27,076 nucleotides of DNA, from NCBI GenBank assembly GCA_043809245.1, contig JAZDDZ010000053.1, positions 1 through 27,076 on the forward strand, read 5' to 3'. Origin of the DNA: Candidatus Iainarchaeum sp. (GTDB lineage: Archaea > Iainarchaeota > Iainarchaeia > Iainarchaeales > JAZDDZ01). Within the stretch, counting starts at the first letter, position 1. Every line of letters begins with the position of its first letter. Both the position numbers and the translations under genes were made by a program. This document shows, one piece after another, positions 8,727 to 18,586 of this stretch. The notes beneath the pieces were generated by a model. It made no database searches and was not told the DNA's origin. It was given only the letters and a program-made list of their open reading frames with translations.

Positions 8727-10039
8727 TCAAAACCCACCTCTTTTCCGTGAAAAGCATTGTTTACAACGCCTTTGCTGTAAACAAGCTTCCCCCTAACAAT
8801 TGTCTTTTCCACAACTCCTTTTAATTTTAACCCGCTGAAAGGGCTCCACCTGCATTTGGTGAAAAGCCTTTCGTTGATGATTCTCTGCCCTGCATGCAGG
8901 TCAACGACAATCAAATCCGCGTCAAAGCCTTTTTTTATGCAGCCCTTTCCCTTTAAGCCGTAAACCTTTGCGGGGTTTTCACAGCACAACTGCGCCACTC
9001 TCTCCAATTTCAGTTTCCCTTCATTAACCGCATTCAAAAGCAACGGCAGCATTGTCTCCACTCCCGGCACTCCGCTTGGCGCGCTTGCATAACCCTGTTT
9101 TTTTTCCTCAACCGTGTGCGGCGCGTGGTCAGTGGCAATCAAATCAACTGTTCCGTCAACAATGCCCTTCCATAACGCGTGCCTGTCTTCCTTTGAGCGC
9201 AATGGTGGATTCATTTTGCCGAAATTCCCCAGCCTGCCGATTTCATGCTCGGTTAAAAACAAGTGGTGTGGCGTGACCTCACAGCTCACCTTCCTTCCCT
9301 TTTTTTTCGCGGCAGCAATCAGTTCAATTCCTTCCCTTGTTGAAACGTGCGCGAAATGCAGCCTGTTGCCAATTTTCTCCTGTAATTTCAGCGCCCTTTC
9401 AATTGCAATTCCTTCCGCTCCACTGCTCCTAATTCTGTTGTGGAATTTCGCGCTTTTCTTGTCCCTGAATTTTTCAAGGTTCTGCCTTATCGTTGCCTCG
9501 TCTTCAGCGTGAACCGTAACCAATAGCCCGCTTTTCTTTGCGGCTGAAAAAACCCTTTCAAGCGCCTCGTCTTTTTCCACCAAAAGCGAGCCAGTGCTTG
9601 AGCCCATGAAAACCTTTACAGCTGCAACGTTTTTCGCCTTCAGAATTTCGTGCGCGTTTGTTTCTGTTGCCCCCAAAAACAAGCCAAAATCGCACAGCGT
9701 TGAGGCAAGCACCAGATTTCTTTTATCAATCAATCCCTTGCGGTCAATTATTGAAGGCGAATTGTTTGGCATGTCCAAAACAGTTGCCACTCCGCCCTTC
9801 AATGCAGCGCTGCTTCCAGTTCCCCAATCCTCCTTGTACTCCTGTCCCGGTGTACGGAAATGCACGTGCGCGTCAATCGCAGCGGGGAAAACAAGCCTTC
9901 CCGAACAGTCAATTTCTTTCTCCGCGCCCTTGAATCTCCTTGCGCCTAAATCCTTTATCTTTGCGCCGTCCACAAGCACATTTGCTTTCCTCAGCGCTCC
10001 GTTGAAATAAACCAATCCGTTTTTCAGCACAAAGCTCAT
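8723..10039 (-). CDS. pyrC: Dihydroorotase
   Basis: [33 protein letters not shown] and TDHAPH motifs. Confidence 0.95.
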   Translation of the reverse strand: MSFVLKNGLVYFNGALRKANVLVDGAKIKDLGARRFKGAEKEIDCSGRLVFPAAIDAHVHFRTPGQEYKEDWGTGSSAALKGGVATVLDMPNNSPSIIDRKGLIDKRNLVLASTLCDFGLFLGATETNAHEILKAKNVAAVKVFMGSSTGSLLVEKDEALERVFSAAKKSGLLVTVHAEDEATIRQNLEKFRDKKSAKFHNRIRSSGAEGIAIERALKLQEKIGNRLHFAHVSTREGIELIAAAKKKGRKVSCEVTPHHLFLTEHEIGRLGNFGKMNPPLRSKEDRHALWKGIVDGTVDLIATDHAPHTVEEKKQGYASAPSGVPGVETMLPLLLNAVNEGKLKLERVAQLCCENPAKVYGLKGKGCIKKGFDADLIVVDLHAGQRIINERLFTKCRWSPFSGLKLKGVVEKTIVRGKLVYSKGVVNNAFHGKEVGFE

Positions 10040-10048
10040 TTACTCACC

Positions 10049-10852
10049 CTAACAATACTCCGCCAAACCCACTTTTAACCCTGATTTTGTTCTCGCAAAG
10101 GAACCGAATTCACTCATTTTCCTCAGTTGCTCTGAATGAAACACCGGGCCGTCCTTGCACACCAATTGCCCGGAACAATTGCATGCACCGCACACCCCAA
10201 AACCGCAGCGCATATAACGCTCCAATGAAGCCTGGAATTCAACTCCGTGCTTCTCGCAGATTTCAAATGTTTTTTTGATCATCACTTCTGGCCCGCACGC
10301 GAAAACACAGTCAAATTTTTCCTTTGCAATCAATTCTTCCATCACCTGCGTTGCAAAGCCTTTTGCGCCGCGGCTTCCATCGTCAGTTGTTATGTAGAGT
10401 TCTCCATGCTTTAATTCCCTCTTGATTTTTTCCTCAAAGAAAATTTCCGACGCATTCCTCGCTCCCACAATCACTTCGGTTTTGATTTTTTTCAACTGCA
10501 ATTCCTTTATCAGCGGAAGCAATGGCGCAACACCGCACCCCCCACCTATCACGCACGCATTCTTCACGCCCTCTGTTTTGAATCCTTCGCCGTAAGGCCC
10601 CCTTATCCCTAAGCTGCCGCCTTCCTTTAACTCAAATAATTTTTCCGTGAAAGCCCCTCTTTTTTTAACGGTTATTGAAAAATCTTTTCCCAGAGCGGAA
10701 ACCGAGAACGGCTTTTCATCCAATCCTGGAAGCCAAACCATCACAAACTGCCCAGGCGCTGCATTCACCGCGGAATCAAGGTGAAAAGTTGCCACGCCGG
10801 CGTTTTCTTTTTCAACTTTCTTCAATTCAATCATCATAGGCAGGCTACTCAT
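10049..10852 (-). CDS. pyrK: Dihydroorotate dehydrogenase electron-transfer subunit
   Basis: PGQFVM, RGPYG, GGGCGVAP, and 2Fe-2S motif CGFGVCGAC...VCKDGPVF. Confidence 0.95.
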   Translation of the reverse strand: MSSLPMMIELKKVEKENAGVATFHLDSAVNAAPGQFVMVWLPGLDEKPFSVSALGKDFSITVKKRGAFTEKLFELKEGGSLGIRGPYGEGFKTEGVKNACVIGGGCGVAPLLPLIKELQLKKIKTEVIVGARNASEIFFEEKIKRELKHGELYITTDDGSRGAKGFATQVMEELIAKEKFDCVFACGPEVMIKKTFEICEKHGVEFQASLERYMRCGFGVCGACNCSGQLVCKDGPVFHSEQLRKMSEFGSFARTKSGLKVGLAEYC

Positions 10853-11756
10853 GCGCTTTCCCCCTTAAATCTTTCAGGCTCTTGTATCCGTGCTGTTCCA
10901 TCCACTGCCTCATTTCATCCGCGACCTCTTTGAACACGCCTATTCCCCTGTAATAAACACCTGTGCCAATCCCGACTGCTGTTGCTCCGGCCATAACCAT
11001 TTCAATCGCATCTTTTCCATAAGTCACGCCGCCCAGTCCGAGGATTGGAACCTGAACTTCCTTGTACAACTGGTAAACGCACCTGACCGCAATCGGCTTT
11101 ATTGCCGGCCCGCTTAATCCCCCTGTCTTGAATGCAAGAACAGGCTTTTCTGCGTCAATGTTTATCGCCATTCCAGGCCCAACAGTATTGATTGCGCACA
11201 ATGCATCCGCTCCGGCTTCAACGCATGCCTTTCCGACTGCAACAAATTTGTGAGTGTTCGGCGTCAGTTTCGCCATTACCGGAATTTTTCCCGCTGCGTT
11301 TTTCACAGCCGAAACAACCGCTGCAGCGCTTTCTGGTTCCACTCCAAACAGCATTCCATGCTCTTTCGTGTTCGGGCACGAAATATTCATTTCAATCATT
11401 GCAGGATTGCGCTGTGCAACGTTTTCCGTTACTTCAACGAATTCCTCTAAGCTTCCTCCGAAAACACTTGCAATTACCGGCACGCTGCACTGCTTTAACT
11501 CACTCCATTCCTCTTCAAGGTTCTTGTAACCCGGAGTAGGCAATCCAACAGCGTTAATCAACCCGTGGTCCAATGCAAGGATTGTGGGATTATTGTTTCC
11601 GTTCCTTGGCGTTGGGCCAATTGACTTCATTGTTACCGCGCCTGCGCCTCCCTCTAAGGCAACACGGCAAAGCATTTTTCCCCCAAGCCCAAGAATTCCC
11701 GAGGCAAGCACTGTGGGGTTCTTCAAATGCATGCCCGCGAAAAATACCTCTATCAT
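10845..11756 (-). CDS. pyrD: Dihydroorotate dehydrogenase, class 1B catalytic subunit
   Basis: NPTVLASG, NAVGL, EMNISCPN, KLTPN and GGLSGPAIKPIA motifs. Confidence 0.96.
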   Translation of the reverse strand: MIEVFFAGMHLKNPTVLASGILGLGGKMLCRVALEGGAGAVTMKSIGPTPRNGNNNPTILALDHGLINAVGLPTPGYKNLEEEWSELKQCSVPVIASVFGGSLEEFVEVTENVAQRNPAMIEMNISCPNTKEHGMLFGVEPESAAAVVSAVKNAAGKIPVMAKLTPNTHKFVAVGKACVEAGADALCAINTVGPGMAINIDAEKPVLAFKTGGLSGPAIKPIAVRCVYQLYKEVQVPILGLGGVTYGKDAIEMVMAGATAVGIGTGVYYRGIGVFKEVADEMRQWMEQHGYKSLKDLRGKAHE

Positions 11757-11788
11757 TTTTATCAGCCTGAAAAAGAATTATGGGGAAA

Positions 11789-12244
11789 TCATTTTATTCC
11801 ATTAGCAATCTCTTTTTCGTCCATTATGGTTTCGCAGTAAAAGCATTTCGCGCTCAACGGCCTTTCCTTTATGATGAATTTTGACTGAACCGCTTCCCTG
11901 TTGGTTATGCAGTTCGGGTTAATGCACTTGATTATGTCCGTTACCTCTTCGGGGATGGTTGCCCTTTCCTTTTTCGCGATGCCGCTTCCGTGAATCAAAT
12001 TTATTGTCGCGTTCCTTGCAATCAAAGCGATTTTGTCAATCTCTTCTTCTTTGAGTTTCCTGTTTTCAATGAATACAATGTCTTTTTTTCCGTGCTTTTT
12101 GCTGGGAACATTCATTGCAACTGTTGTGGCTTCCTTTGGAATCTTCAAAATTTCAACAACCTTTAGAGCGGTTCCGACAGGCAAATGGTCTATTGCAGTG
12201 CCGTCCTTTATCGGCCTTATTTTTATCTCTTTTTTTGTCTCCAT
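11789..12244 (-). CDS. pyrI: Aspartate carbamoyltransferase regulatory chain
   Basis: IKDGTAIDH, NVPS.K.G.KD, zinc site CINPNC...CFYC. Confidence 0.96.
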   Translation of the reverse strand: METKKEIKIRPIKDGTAIDHLPVGTALKVVEILKIPKEATTVAMNVPSKKHGKKDIVFIENRKLKEEEIDKIALIARNATINLIHGSGIAKKERATIPEEVTDIIKCINPNCITNREAVQSKFIIKERPLSAKCFYCETIMDEKEIANGIK

Positions 12245-12246
12245 TC

Positions 12247-13254
<1,008 letters not shown>

Positions 13255-13294
13255 TTAACTATTTTTCTACGCATATTATGCTGAGGTGGCTTTC

Positions 13295-13381
13295 ATGGGC
13301 CAGAACCGCTTGAAGGAATTCGTCGGCGACGAATTCGTTGACAGCAGCAGAAAAGGAAAAAAGAAGAAAAAATATTTCTGA
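13295..13381 (+). CDS. Small basic 28-aa ORF divergent from pyrB
   Basis: GAGGTG RBS, then MGQNRLKEFVGDEFVDSSRKGKKKKKYF*. Confidence 0.3.
   Translation: MGQNRLKEFVGDEFVDSSRKGKKKKKYF
13316..13336. repeat. Perfect inverted repeat GAATTCGTCG-G-CGACGAATTC
   Basis: 10-bp arms with a 1-nt centre, about 110 nt upstream of pyrB. Confidence 0.7.
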
Positions 13382-13415
13382 GTTCCTGCCAAAAAAAGTT
13401 TTTCTTCACTTATTT

Positions 13416-13438
13416 CGGTTTAGTGTTCCCTGCATTAA
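13416..13438 (-). repeat. Degenerate copy of an internal R15P isomerase segment (15316-15337)
   Basis: cggtttagtgttccctgcattaa vs cggttttatgcccctgcattaa, with an exact 11-nt core ccctgcattaa. Confidence 0.5.
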
Positions 13439-13444
13439 TTGCAT

Positions 13445-13828
13445 TCATTTTTTTTCTAAAGCATTTCTTATCTCTTCTGCATCCCCTAATCTTCCCATTT
13501 CCCTCAGCTTGATGTACAAAGTGCCTGCGTTGCTTACATCACCTGCCCAAGCATATGCGATGCCTGCGGATTTTCTGTCACCCTTTTTTACAAGCCTTTC
13601 CGCATACTCAAGAAGCTTTGCAGTATCGTTTAATTTATCTGCAATTTCCGAAGCAGTTTTAAGGTCGCCATTTTTTTCGGCGGCATTCATTGATTCAATC
13701 AGCTGGTTTTTTTTCCTAGCCATTAAAGCCCGTTTTTCAATCGCAGGCCCAATAGGTTCAATTGTGCCCCAGCGTCTTCTTATCCTTGGCTTACTCTGCC
13801 TGGGCTTGAACTGAATCATGTGCGCCAT
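13445..13828 (-). CDS. Orphan protein with basic N-terminus and TPR-like helical repeats
   Basis: 127-aa ORF with repeated GD..A...(Y) units (KNGDLKTA, KKGDRKSAGIAY, AGDVSNAGTLY). Confidence 0.65.
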   Translation of the reverse strand: MAHMIQFKPRQSKPRIRRRWGTIEPIGPAIEKRALMARKKNQLIESMNAAEKNGDLKTASEIADKLNDTAKLLEYAERLVKKGDRKSAGIAYAWAGDVSNAGTLYIKLREMGRLGDAEEIRNALEKK

Positions 13829-13831
13829 AAA

Positions 13832-13909
13832 TTATCTTTTCCTTTTCCAAATCCCTTTCTCCGTGACAATCACCTTCACGTTTTTCGCTTTGCCGTTGAT
13901 TGTTTTCAT
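13832..13909 (-). pseudogene. Collapsed remnant of the R15P isomerase gene (internal segment fused in frame to the 3' end)
   Basis: MKTINGKAKNVKVIVTEKGIWKRKR*. 13880-13908 matches 15554-15582 at 28/29 nt; 13832-13888 matches 14933-14989 at 48/57 nt; the two are joined at the shared AKN codons. Confidence 0.9.
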
Positions 13910-14868
13910 TTCAGGTACTTCAGGTAAACCGCGAAAAAGTTGCGGTATGTTTTCTTGTATTTTTCAAGGAAAAACCTTTCAAGGTTTTTGGTATAGCCGC
14001 GGTGGAAGTCCTCAAGGCACTTGATGTAGGAATCGCGCTGTGTTTTCCTGATTATCAGCAGGGGATATCCGTTTCGCAGTAAAATCAGGTTGGAAATTAA
14101 CCTGCCTACTCTTCCGTTGCCGTCCTCAAAGGGATGAATCCTTTCAAACTTTCCGTGGAAAAGCGATGCGACCTGCAGCGGGTGCATTTCTTCAATGCTT
14201 TTGTCATGCCATTCAATCAGTTCCTTCATTTCTTTCTGCACTTTTTCGGGTGGCGTGAGCTTTACGCTGCTGCCCGTAATGTAGTTTGGCAGGGCTTTAT
14301 ACCCGGCCCTCACATCAATGTTTTCCATCAAAAGCCTGTGCATTTTAATAATGTCATTTTCTTTTATGCTGAACTTTTTTTTAAGCAATAAATCCATTAC
14401 TTTCCTGCTGTTCCTTGTCTCGTAAATTTCCCTTAAATCTTTTCCCTCAATCGTTCTCTTTTCAAACATCACTATTGCAACGTCTTTCAGTGTCAGGCTG
14501 TTGCCCTCAATTGCGTTGGATTCATAGGTGAAATTTGCAGTAAACCTGTCGAACACATCGCGCCACTGCTCTTTGGAGAATTTCTTAACAGTATGCTGGT
14601 AGTCAACCTTTATTTCCTCAATCTTCCTCATTTCTTCTTCGCTGAAAATTTGGCTCTTTGCAAATTTTTTTAATGCAAAACCCGTGAAAGCCTCCTTTTC
14701 TTTTTGGCTGAAAAAATCCGCGTGCTCCCTTTCAAGCGCCTTCAAGCCTCCGCGCTTGCCTTTAACAAGTTTCTGAAGGGTCTTAACGCTTCCATCAGGT
14801 AGCCTTATGGATTTAGTCAGGTAAAGGTACTTCTTCCCGTGGATTAACTTTTCCTTCAAATAAGCCAT
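13906..14868 (-). CDS. Fic-domain AMPylase (class II, N-terminal inhibitory motif)
   Basis: Complete HPFEDGNGRVGR motif; inhibitory SNAIEGN helix upstream. Confidence 0.93.
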   Translation of the reverse strand: MAYLKEKLIHGKKYLYLTKSIRLPDGSVKTLQKLVKGKRGGLKALEREHADFFSQKEKEAFTGFALKKFAKSQIFSEEEMRKIEEIKVDYQHTVKKFSKEQWRDVFDRFTANFTYESNAIEGNSLTLKDVAIVMFEKRTIEGKDLREIYETRNSRKVMDLLLKKKFSIKENDIIKMHRLLMENIDVRAGYKALPNYITGSSVKLTPPEKVQKEMKELIEWHDKSIEEMHPLQVASLFHGKFERIHPFEDGNGRVGRLISNLILLRNGYPLLIIRKTQRDSYIKCLEDFHRGYTKNLERFFLEKYKKTYRNFFAVYLKYLK

Positions 14869-14881
14869 AAAAAAATTTAGA

Positions 14882-14914
14882 CCTACAAATATTTAAACAT
14901 ATTGTTTTTGTAGG
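14882..14914 (-). promoter_or_regulatory. Fic promoter: TTTAAATA box flanked by inverted repeat CCTACAAA/TTTGTAGG
   Basis: 8-bp arms at 14882-14889 and 14907-14914; TATA at 14890-14897, about 22 nt from the ATG. Confidence 0.6.
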
Positions 14915-14932
14915 GGTAAGAAGTTTTGTGCA

Positions 14933-15820
14933 CTATCTCTTTCCTCTCCAAACGCCCTTCTCCGTGACAATCGCCTTCACGTTTTTCGCGGGAGTTTCGT
15001 CAAACGCGGGATTCCTGATTGAAAGTTTCGGCAGTTTTTTTTCCCACACTTCTTTCACACCGCGTTCCTCAATAGGCTCCTTTCCCTTGGAAGTCAGCGG
15101 GTCGATTTTGTGGGTGGAAGCAAGGACAATGTGCGGCACTCCAAAGTTTTTTGCGGCGAGTGAAATCTGCGCTGTTCCGATTTTATTCAGCACGCCGCCT
15201 TTCACTGTGACTGCATCAGCGCCGGTGATGAACAAATCGCAGCGCGGGAGAAAAGAATATGCCGCGGAGTCAACTACAAGCGTTGCCTTGATTCCCTCTG
15301 CGCTCAAATCCTTCGCGGTTTTATGCCCCTGCATTAAAGGCCTTGTTTCCGTGCAGTAAACCTCTGCTAATTTTCCTTTTTTTTTCGCGAGCTTTAACGC
15401 TTCAATCACTGAATGCGAATGGCAGTGCGTGAAGGCAACCGCTTTTTTCGGGAAAAACCGCAAGGCGTTTTTTGCAATGCGCTCCATTGCCTTTTTTCTT
15501 TCATTTGAGAAATTATTGCATGCTTTTGCGATTTGCCCGCCCAATTCCTTCAAGTTTTTGGCTTTGCCGTTGATTGTTTTCAGCAAAACCTTTGCAGCTG
15601 CCCTTGCCTCTGGTTCTGTGGGGCGCGCGTTCGCCAGGAGAAGAACTGCTTCTCTTAATTCTTTTCTGAACTTTTTCAGGTTTTTTTCCGCGCTGTGCTC
15701 CGCGATTGTTTTTGTGGTTGAAAGCAGTGCCTCTGTTACCTTTGAAGCGCCCTGAATCTTAAGGCTTTTTATGCCTGAAACTGTTTTTCTGAGCAATTTT
15801 TTTGCGGCAATTTGCTTCAT
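14933..15820 (-). CDS. e2b2: Ribose-1,5-bisphosphate isomerase (eIF-2B alpha/beta/delta family)
   Basis: IQGA, RPTEP, THCHS (catalytic Cys), ETRP, GADAV (catalytic Asp), NKIGT and NPAFDETP motifs; same block as AMP phosphorylase. Confidence 0.88.
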   Translation of the reverse strand: MKQIAAKKLLRKTVSGIKSLKIQGASKVTEALLSTTKTIAEHSAEKNLKKFRKELREAVLLLANARPTEPEARAAAKVLLKTINGKAKNLKELGGQIAKACNNFSNERKKAMERIAKNALRFFPKKAVAFTHCHSHSVIEALKLAKKKGKLAEVYCTETRPLMQGHKTAKDLSAEGIKATLVVDSAAYSFLPRCDLFITGADAVTVKGGVLNKIGTAQISLAAKNFGVPHIVLASTHKIDPLTSKGKEPIEERGVKEVWEKKLPKLSIRNPAFDETPAKNVKAIVTEKGVWRGKR

Positions 15821-15961
15821 TTTCCCACTCGTTCAGCGATGCCTTTTTAAAACATTTTAGGGCAAGATTAATTAATACATTAAATAGAGTTAAACTTGTA
15901 TAATAAAGTGCGCTATTGCGTGCCTTTGTTTTGCTTGAACTTTGAGGGGAGATGATTCGGG

Positions 15962-17095
15962 GTGAAAACTGTTGTTGACAAGGCCATTAGAAGGGCTACT
16001 CTTGAGGGCTTGAACCCAAAGGGAGTCCAGAGAAAGAAACGAAACGATGAAGACGAGGACTTGGAAAAGCTTCTTGAGGAGGCACAGGCTCGGATTAAGG
16101 TTATTGGAGTCGGTGGAGGCGGAGGCAACACAATCCAGCGCATGAGTGAAATCGGCATAATTGGCGCTGAAACCTTTGCAGTCAACACTGATGCACAAGA
16201 CCTCTTAAGCATTGACGCTGACAGAAAGATTTTGATTGGAAAAAAATTAACACGCGGCTTGGGGGCAGGCTCTGACCCCGCGGTTGGAGAAGCAGCTGCA
16301 AGGGAAAGCCTTGACGAATTGAAATCCATTTTTGAGGGAACTGATTTGATTTTCATCACATGCGGCTTGGGCGGAGGCACTGGAACAGGCGCTGCACCCG
16401 CGCTCGCGGAAATCGGAAAAGAATTAAAGGCCTTGACTGTCGCGGTTGTCACTCTTCCATTCACTGTTGAGGGAAGAAAGAGAATGGAGAACGCAATGGA
16501 CGGCCTTGCGAAAATGAAGCAATACGCTGACACGATTATTGTGATTCCAAACGACAAGATTCTTGAGATAGCGCCCGACCTTCCGGTGAACGCGGCGTTC
16601 AAGGTTGCGGATGAAGTTTTAACTAATGCGGTCAAGGGAATTACGGAACTCGTAACCAAACCTGGCTTGATTAACCTTGACTTCGCGGACTTAAGGACTG
16701 TTTTAAAGAAAGGCGGAGCCGCAATGATTGGCTTGGGTGAAAGCAAAGCCGAGAGGGCTTCCGAGAGCAGGGCACTTGAAGCAGTTGAAAACGCCTTAAC
16801 CAGCCCTTTGCTGGACGTTGACATTTCAGGCGCAGGAAAAGCGCTTGTAAACGTTGTTGGGGGCACGGACATGACTTTGCGTGAAGCGGAAATGATTGTT
16901 GAAGCGGTTTCCACAAAAATCCACCCCAACGCGCACATCATTTGGGGCGCAATGATTGACGAAAACATTTCCCGCAACCAAATTCAGGCAATGGTTGTCA
17001 TTGCAGGGGGAAAATTCCCTTACCTTGAAGGCAAAAAATCAGCTGAAGCCGCACTAAAAGACGGCACGCTTGACTTGGGAATAGAGTTCACGTGA
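15962..17095 (+). CDS. ftsZ: Cell division protein FtsZ (FtsZ1-type context)
   Basis: GVGGGGGN, NTDAQDL, GLGGGTGTG, PGLINLDFAD; upstream of secE-spt5. Confidence 0.97.
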   Translation: MKTVVDKAIRRATLEGLNPKGVQRKKRNDEDEDLEKLLEEAQARIKVIGVGGGGGNTIQRMSEIGIIGAETFAVNTDAQDLLSIDADRKILIGKKLTRGLGAGSDPAVGEAAARESLDELKSIFEGTDLIFITCGLGGGTGTGAAPALAEIGKELKALTVAVVTLPFTVEGRKRMENAMDGLAKMKQYADTIIVIPNDKILEIAPDLPVNAAFKVADEVLTNAVKGITELVTKPGLINLDFADLRTVLKKGGAAMIGLGESKAERASESRALEAVENALTSPLLDVDISGAGKALVNVVGGTDMTLREAEMIVEAVSTKIHPNAHIIWGAMIDENISRNQIQAMVVIAGGKFPYLEGKKSAEAALKDGTLDLGIEFT

Positions 17096-17150
17096 ATTCG
17101 CTTCAAGCCAAATGATTTGCTTTAAAAGCTTTAGCCAACGGGTTTTATTT

Positions 17151-17327
17151 ATGTCAATGTTAAGTGATTTCATTGATTCCAGCAGGCGCATTTTCACGGT
17201 TTCAAGAAAGCCTACAATGAATGAATTCAAGGTAATGATGCAGGTGACAGGCCTAGGCATAATCATCATCGGCGTAATCGGCTTCGCGATAACGCTTTTG
17301 TTCAAGTCAACGGGCCTGGGAATGTAG
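17151..17327 (+). CDS. secE: Protein translocase subunit SecE/Sec61-gamma
   Basis: RRIFTVSRKPTMNEF...TGLGIIIIGVIGF; start moved to ATG 17151. Confidence 0.93.
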   Translation: MSMLSDFIDSSRRIFTVSRKPTMNEFKVMMQVTGLGIIIIGVIGFAITLLFKSTGLGM

Positions 17328-17394
17328 TTCTTTGCGCTTTTTCTTTGGTAATTGTTAAATAGTTTTTGCATTACTCCTAATAAAGGGAAAAAGT

Positions 17395-18501
17395 ATGGTG
17401 CCTGCAAAAAAAACAAAGATTTTGCTGCTTTTTTGCGGCGGAACAATTGCAATGGCACCAGACCCGAAGACAGGCTCGTTAAGGCCCGCGCTCAAGCCAG
17501 AAGAGCTTTACTCAATGGCGCCAAAAATCAGGCAATACGCGGACATTGACGTCAAATTCATAACCGACATTGACAGCACAAACATGACTTCCAAGGAATG
17601 GTCTAAAATCATTGAAGCAATCCATGACAACATGGAAAGCTATGACGCATTCCTCCTCACGCACGGCACTGACACAATGGCTGAAACAGCCAACGCAATT
17701 GCCTTTGCATTTGGCTGCGGGCTAAAGAAGCCAGTTGTTATTACGGGTTCGCAGGCCGCCCCTCACTTGCTTGGAACTGATGCGATTGCAAACCTTGAAA
17801 GGGCAGTCAGCGTGGCAATAAACACAACCCGCCCTGAGGTAATGATCAGTTTTCACGACCATGTTTTCAGGGGCACCCGGACACAGAAAACCAGTGAAAG
17901 AAAGCTGAACGCATTCCACTCCCCTGCGGAACACCCTTTGGCAGAGCACATGGGTGACACAATTCATTGGAATGTTGAAAAAAACCCGAAAAAAGAAAAA
18001 CACGAATCGCTTTTTTTGCCTTACTTCAATGAAAGAGTGGTATCAATTTCACTTCACGCTGCATCAGATGCAGGAAATATAACTGAAAGCCTGCTGGTAA
18101 AAAGCGTTGAGCAAAGGCCCAAAGGCTTTGTTTGGACTTCGCTGGGTGCGGGAAACATTCCTGAATCACTTTACCCCGCAATTGAAGCCACGAAAAAAAT
18201 TAATATTCCTATAGTTGTTACCTCACAGTTTCCCGGCGGAAAACTTAACATGAACCAATACGAGTCAGGGAGAAAGGCATTGGAGGCAGGCGTTATTCCT
18301 GCAGGCAATATGACGCCTGAATCCGCAATAGTGAAATTAAAGTGGGCGCTCGGGCTTGCTGAACACGAAATTAGTTCAGGAAAACTTGCGGAAACCCAGC
18401 TAATCCCCTTTGTCAGGCTGGTTTTTGAGCATGAGAGGGCGAATGAAATAACCTTGGATGAAAGCAAACCCCTGCCGGTCAGCTGGAAGTATGCGGTTTA
18501 A
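17395..18501 (+). CDS. ansA: L-asparaginase, type I (cytoplasmic)
   Basis: GGTIAM, DIDSTNM, THGTDTM, VVITGSQ, GAGN and MTPESAIVKL motifs; no signal peptide and no GatD N-terminal domain. Confidence 0.9.
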   Translation: MVPAKKTKILLLFCGGTIAMAPDPKTGSLRPALKPEELYSMAPKIRQYADIDVKFITDIDSTNMTSKEWSKIIEAIHDNMESYDAFLLTHGTDTMAETANAIAFAFGCGLKKPVVITGSQAAPHLLGTDAIANLERAVSVAINTTRPEVMISFHDHVFRGTRTQKTSERKLNAFHSPAEHPLAEHMGDTIHWNVEKNPKKEKHESLFLPYFNERVVSISLHAASDAGNITESLLVKSVEQRPKGFVWTSLGAGNIPESLYPAIEATKKINIPIVVTSQFPGGKLNMNQYESGRKALEAGVIPAGNMTPESAIVKLKWALGLAEHEISSGKLAETQLIPFVRLVFEHERANEITLDESKPLPVSWKYAV

Positions 18502-18502
18502 A

Positions 18503-18539
18503 GCAATGGTTTTTAATTCTTTTTAAGCCAAAGATTGCT
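18503..18539 (+). repeat. Degenerate copy of the ftsZ 3' region and ftsZ-secE spacer
   Basis: GCAATGGTT matches ftsZ 16988-16996; AATTCtttttAAGCCAAAGATTGCT resembles AATTCgcttcAAGCCAAAtGATTtGCT at 17095-17121. Confidence 0.55.
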
Positions 18540-18586
18540 ATCGTTTTTTCGCTTTACGGAGTTTTATTGCGTTTAGGGGTTTTTAT

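Noticed and set aside
13832-14989. R15Pi 3'-end repeat pair as a DGR template/variable repeat (6 of 9 differences are A in the remnant)
   Set aside because: Three differences are at non-A positions, the A differences are all A/G, the repeat is short, the target is a metabolic enzyme and there is no reverse transcriptase in the window.
14933-15820. Translation factor eIF-2B subunit or methylthioribose-1-phosphate isomerase
   Set aside because: IQGA/RPTEP/THCHS motifs and the nearby AMP phosphorylase fit R15P isomerase better; MtnA typically has VRGAPAIG and THCN.
15913-16977. 354-aa minus-strand ORF and similar antisense ORFs in the track
   Set aside because: Antisense shadows of ftsZ and other well-supported genes; Ser/Phe-rich with no motifs.
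17395-18501. GatD amidotransferase subunit
   Set aside because: Lacks the GatD N-terminal domain and the SRVDY motif, and no gatE is adjacent.
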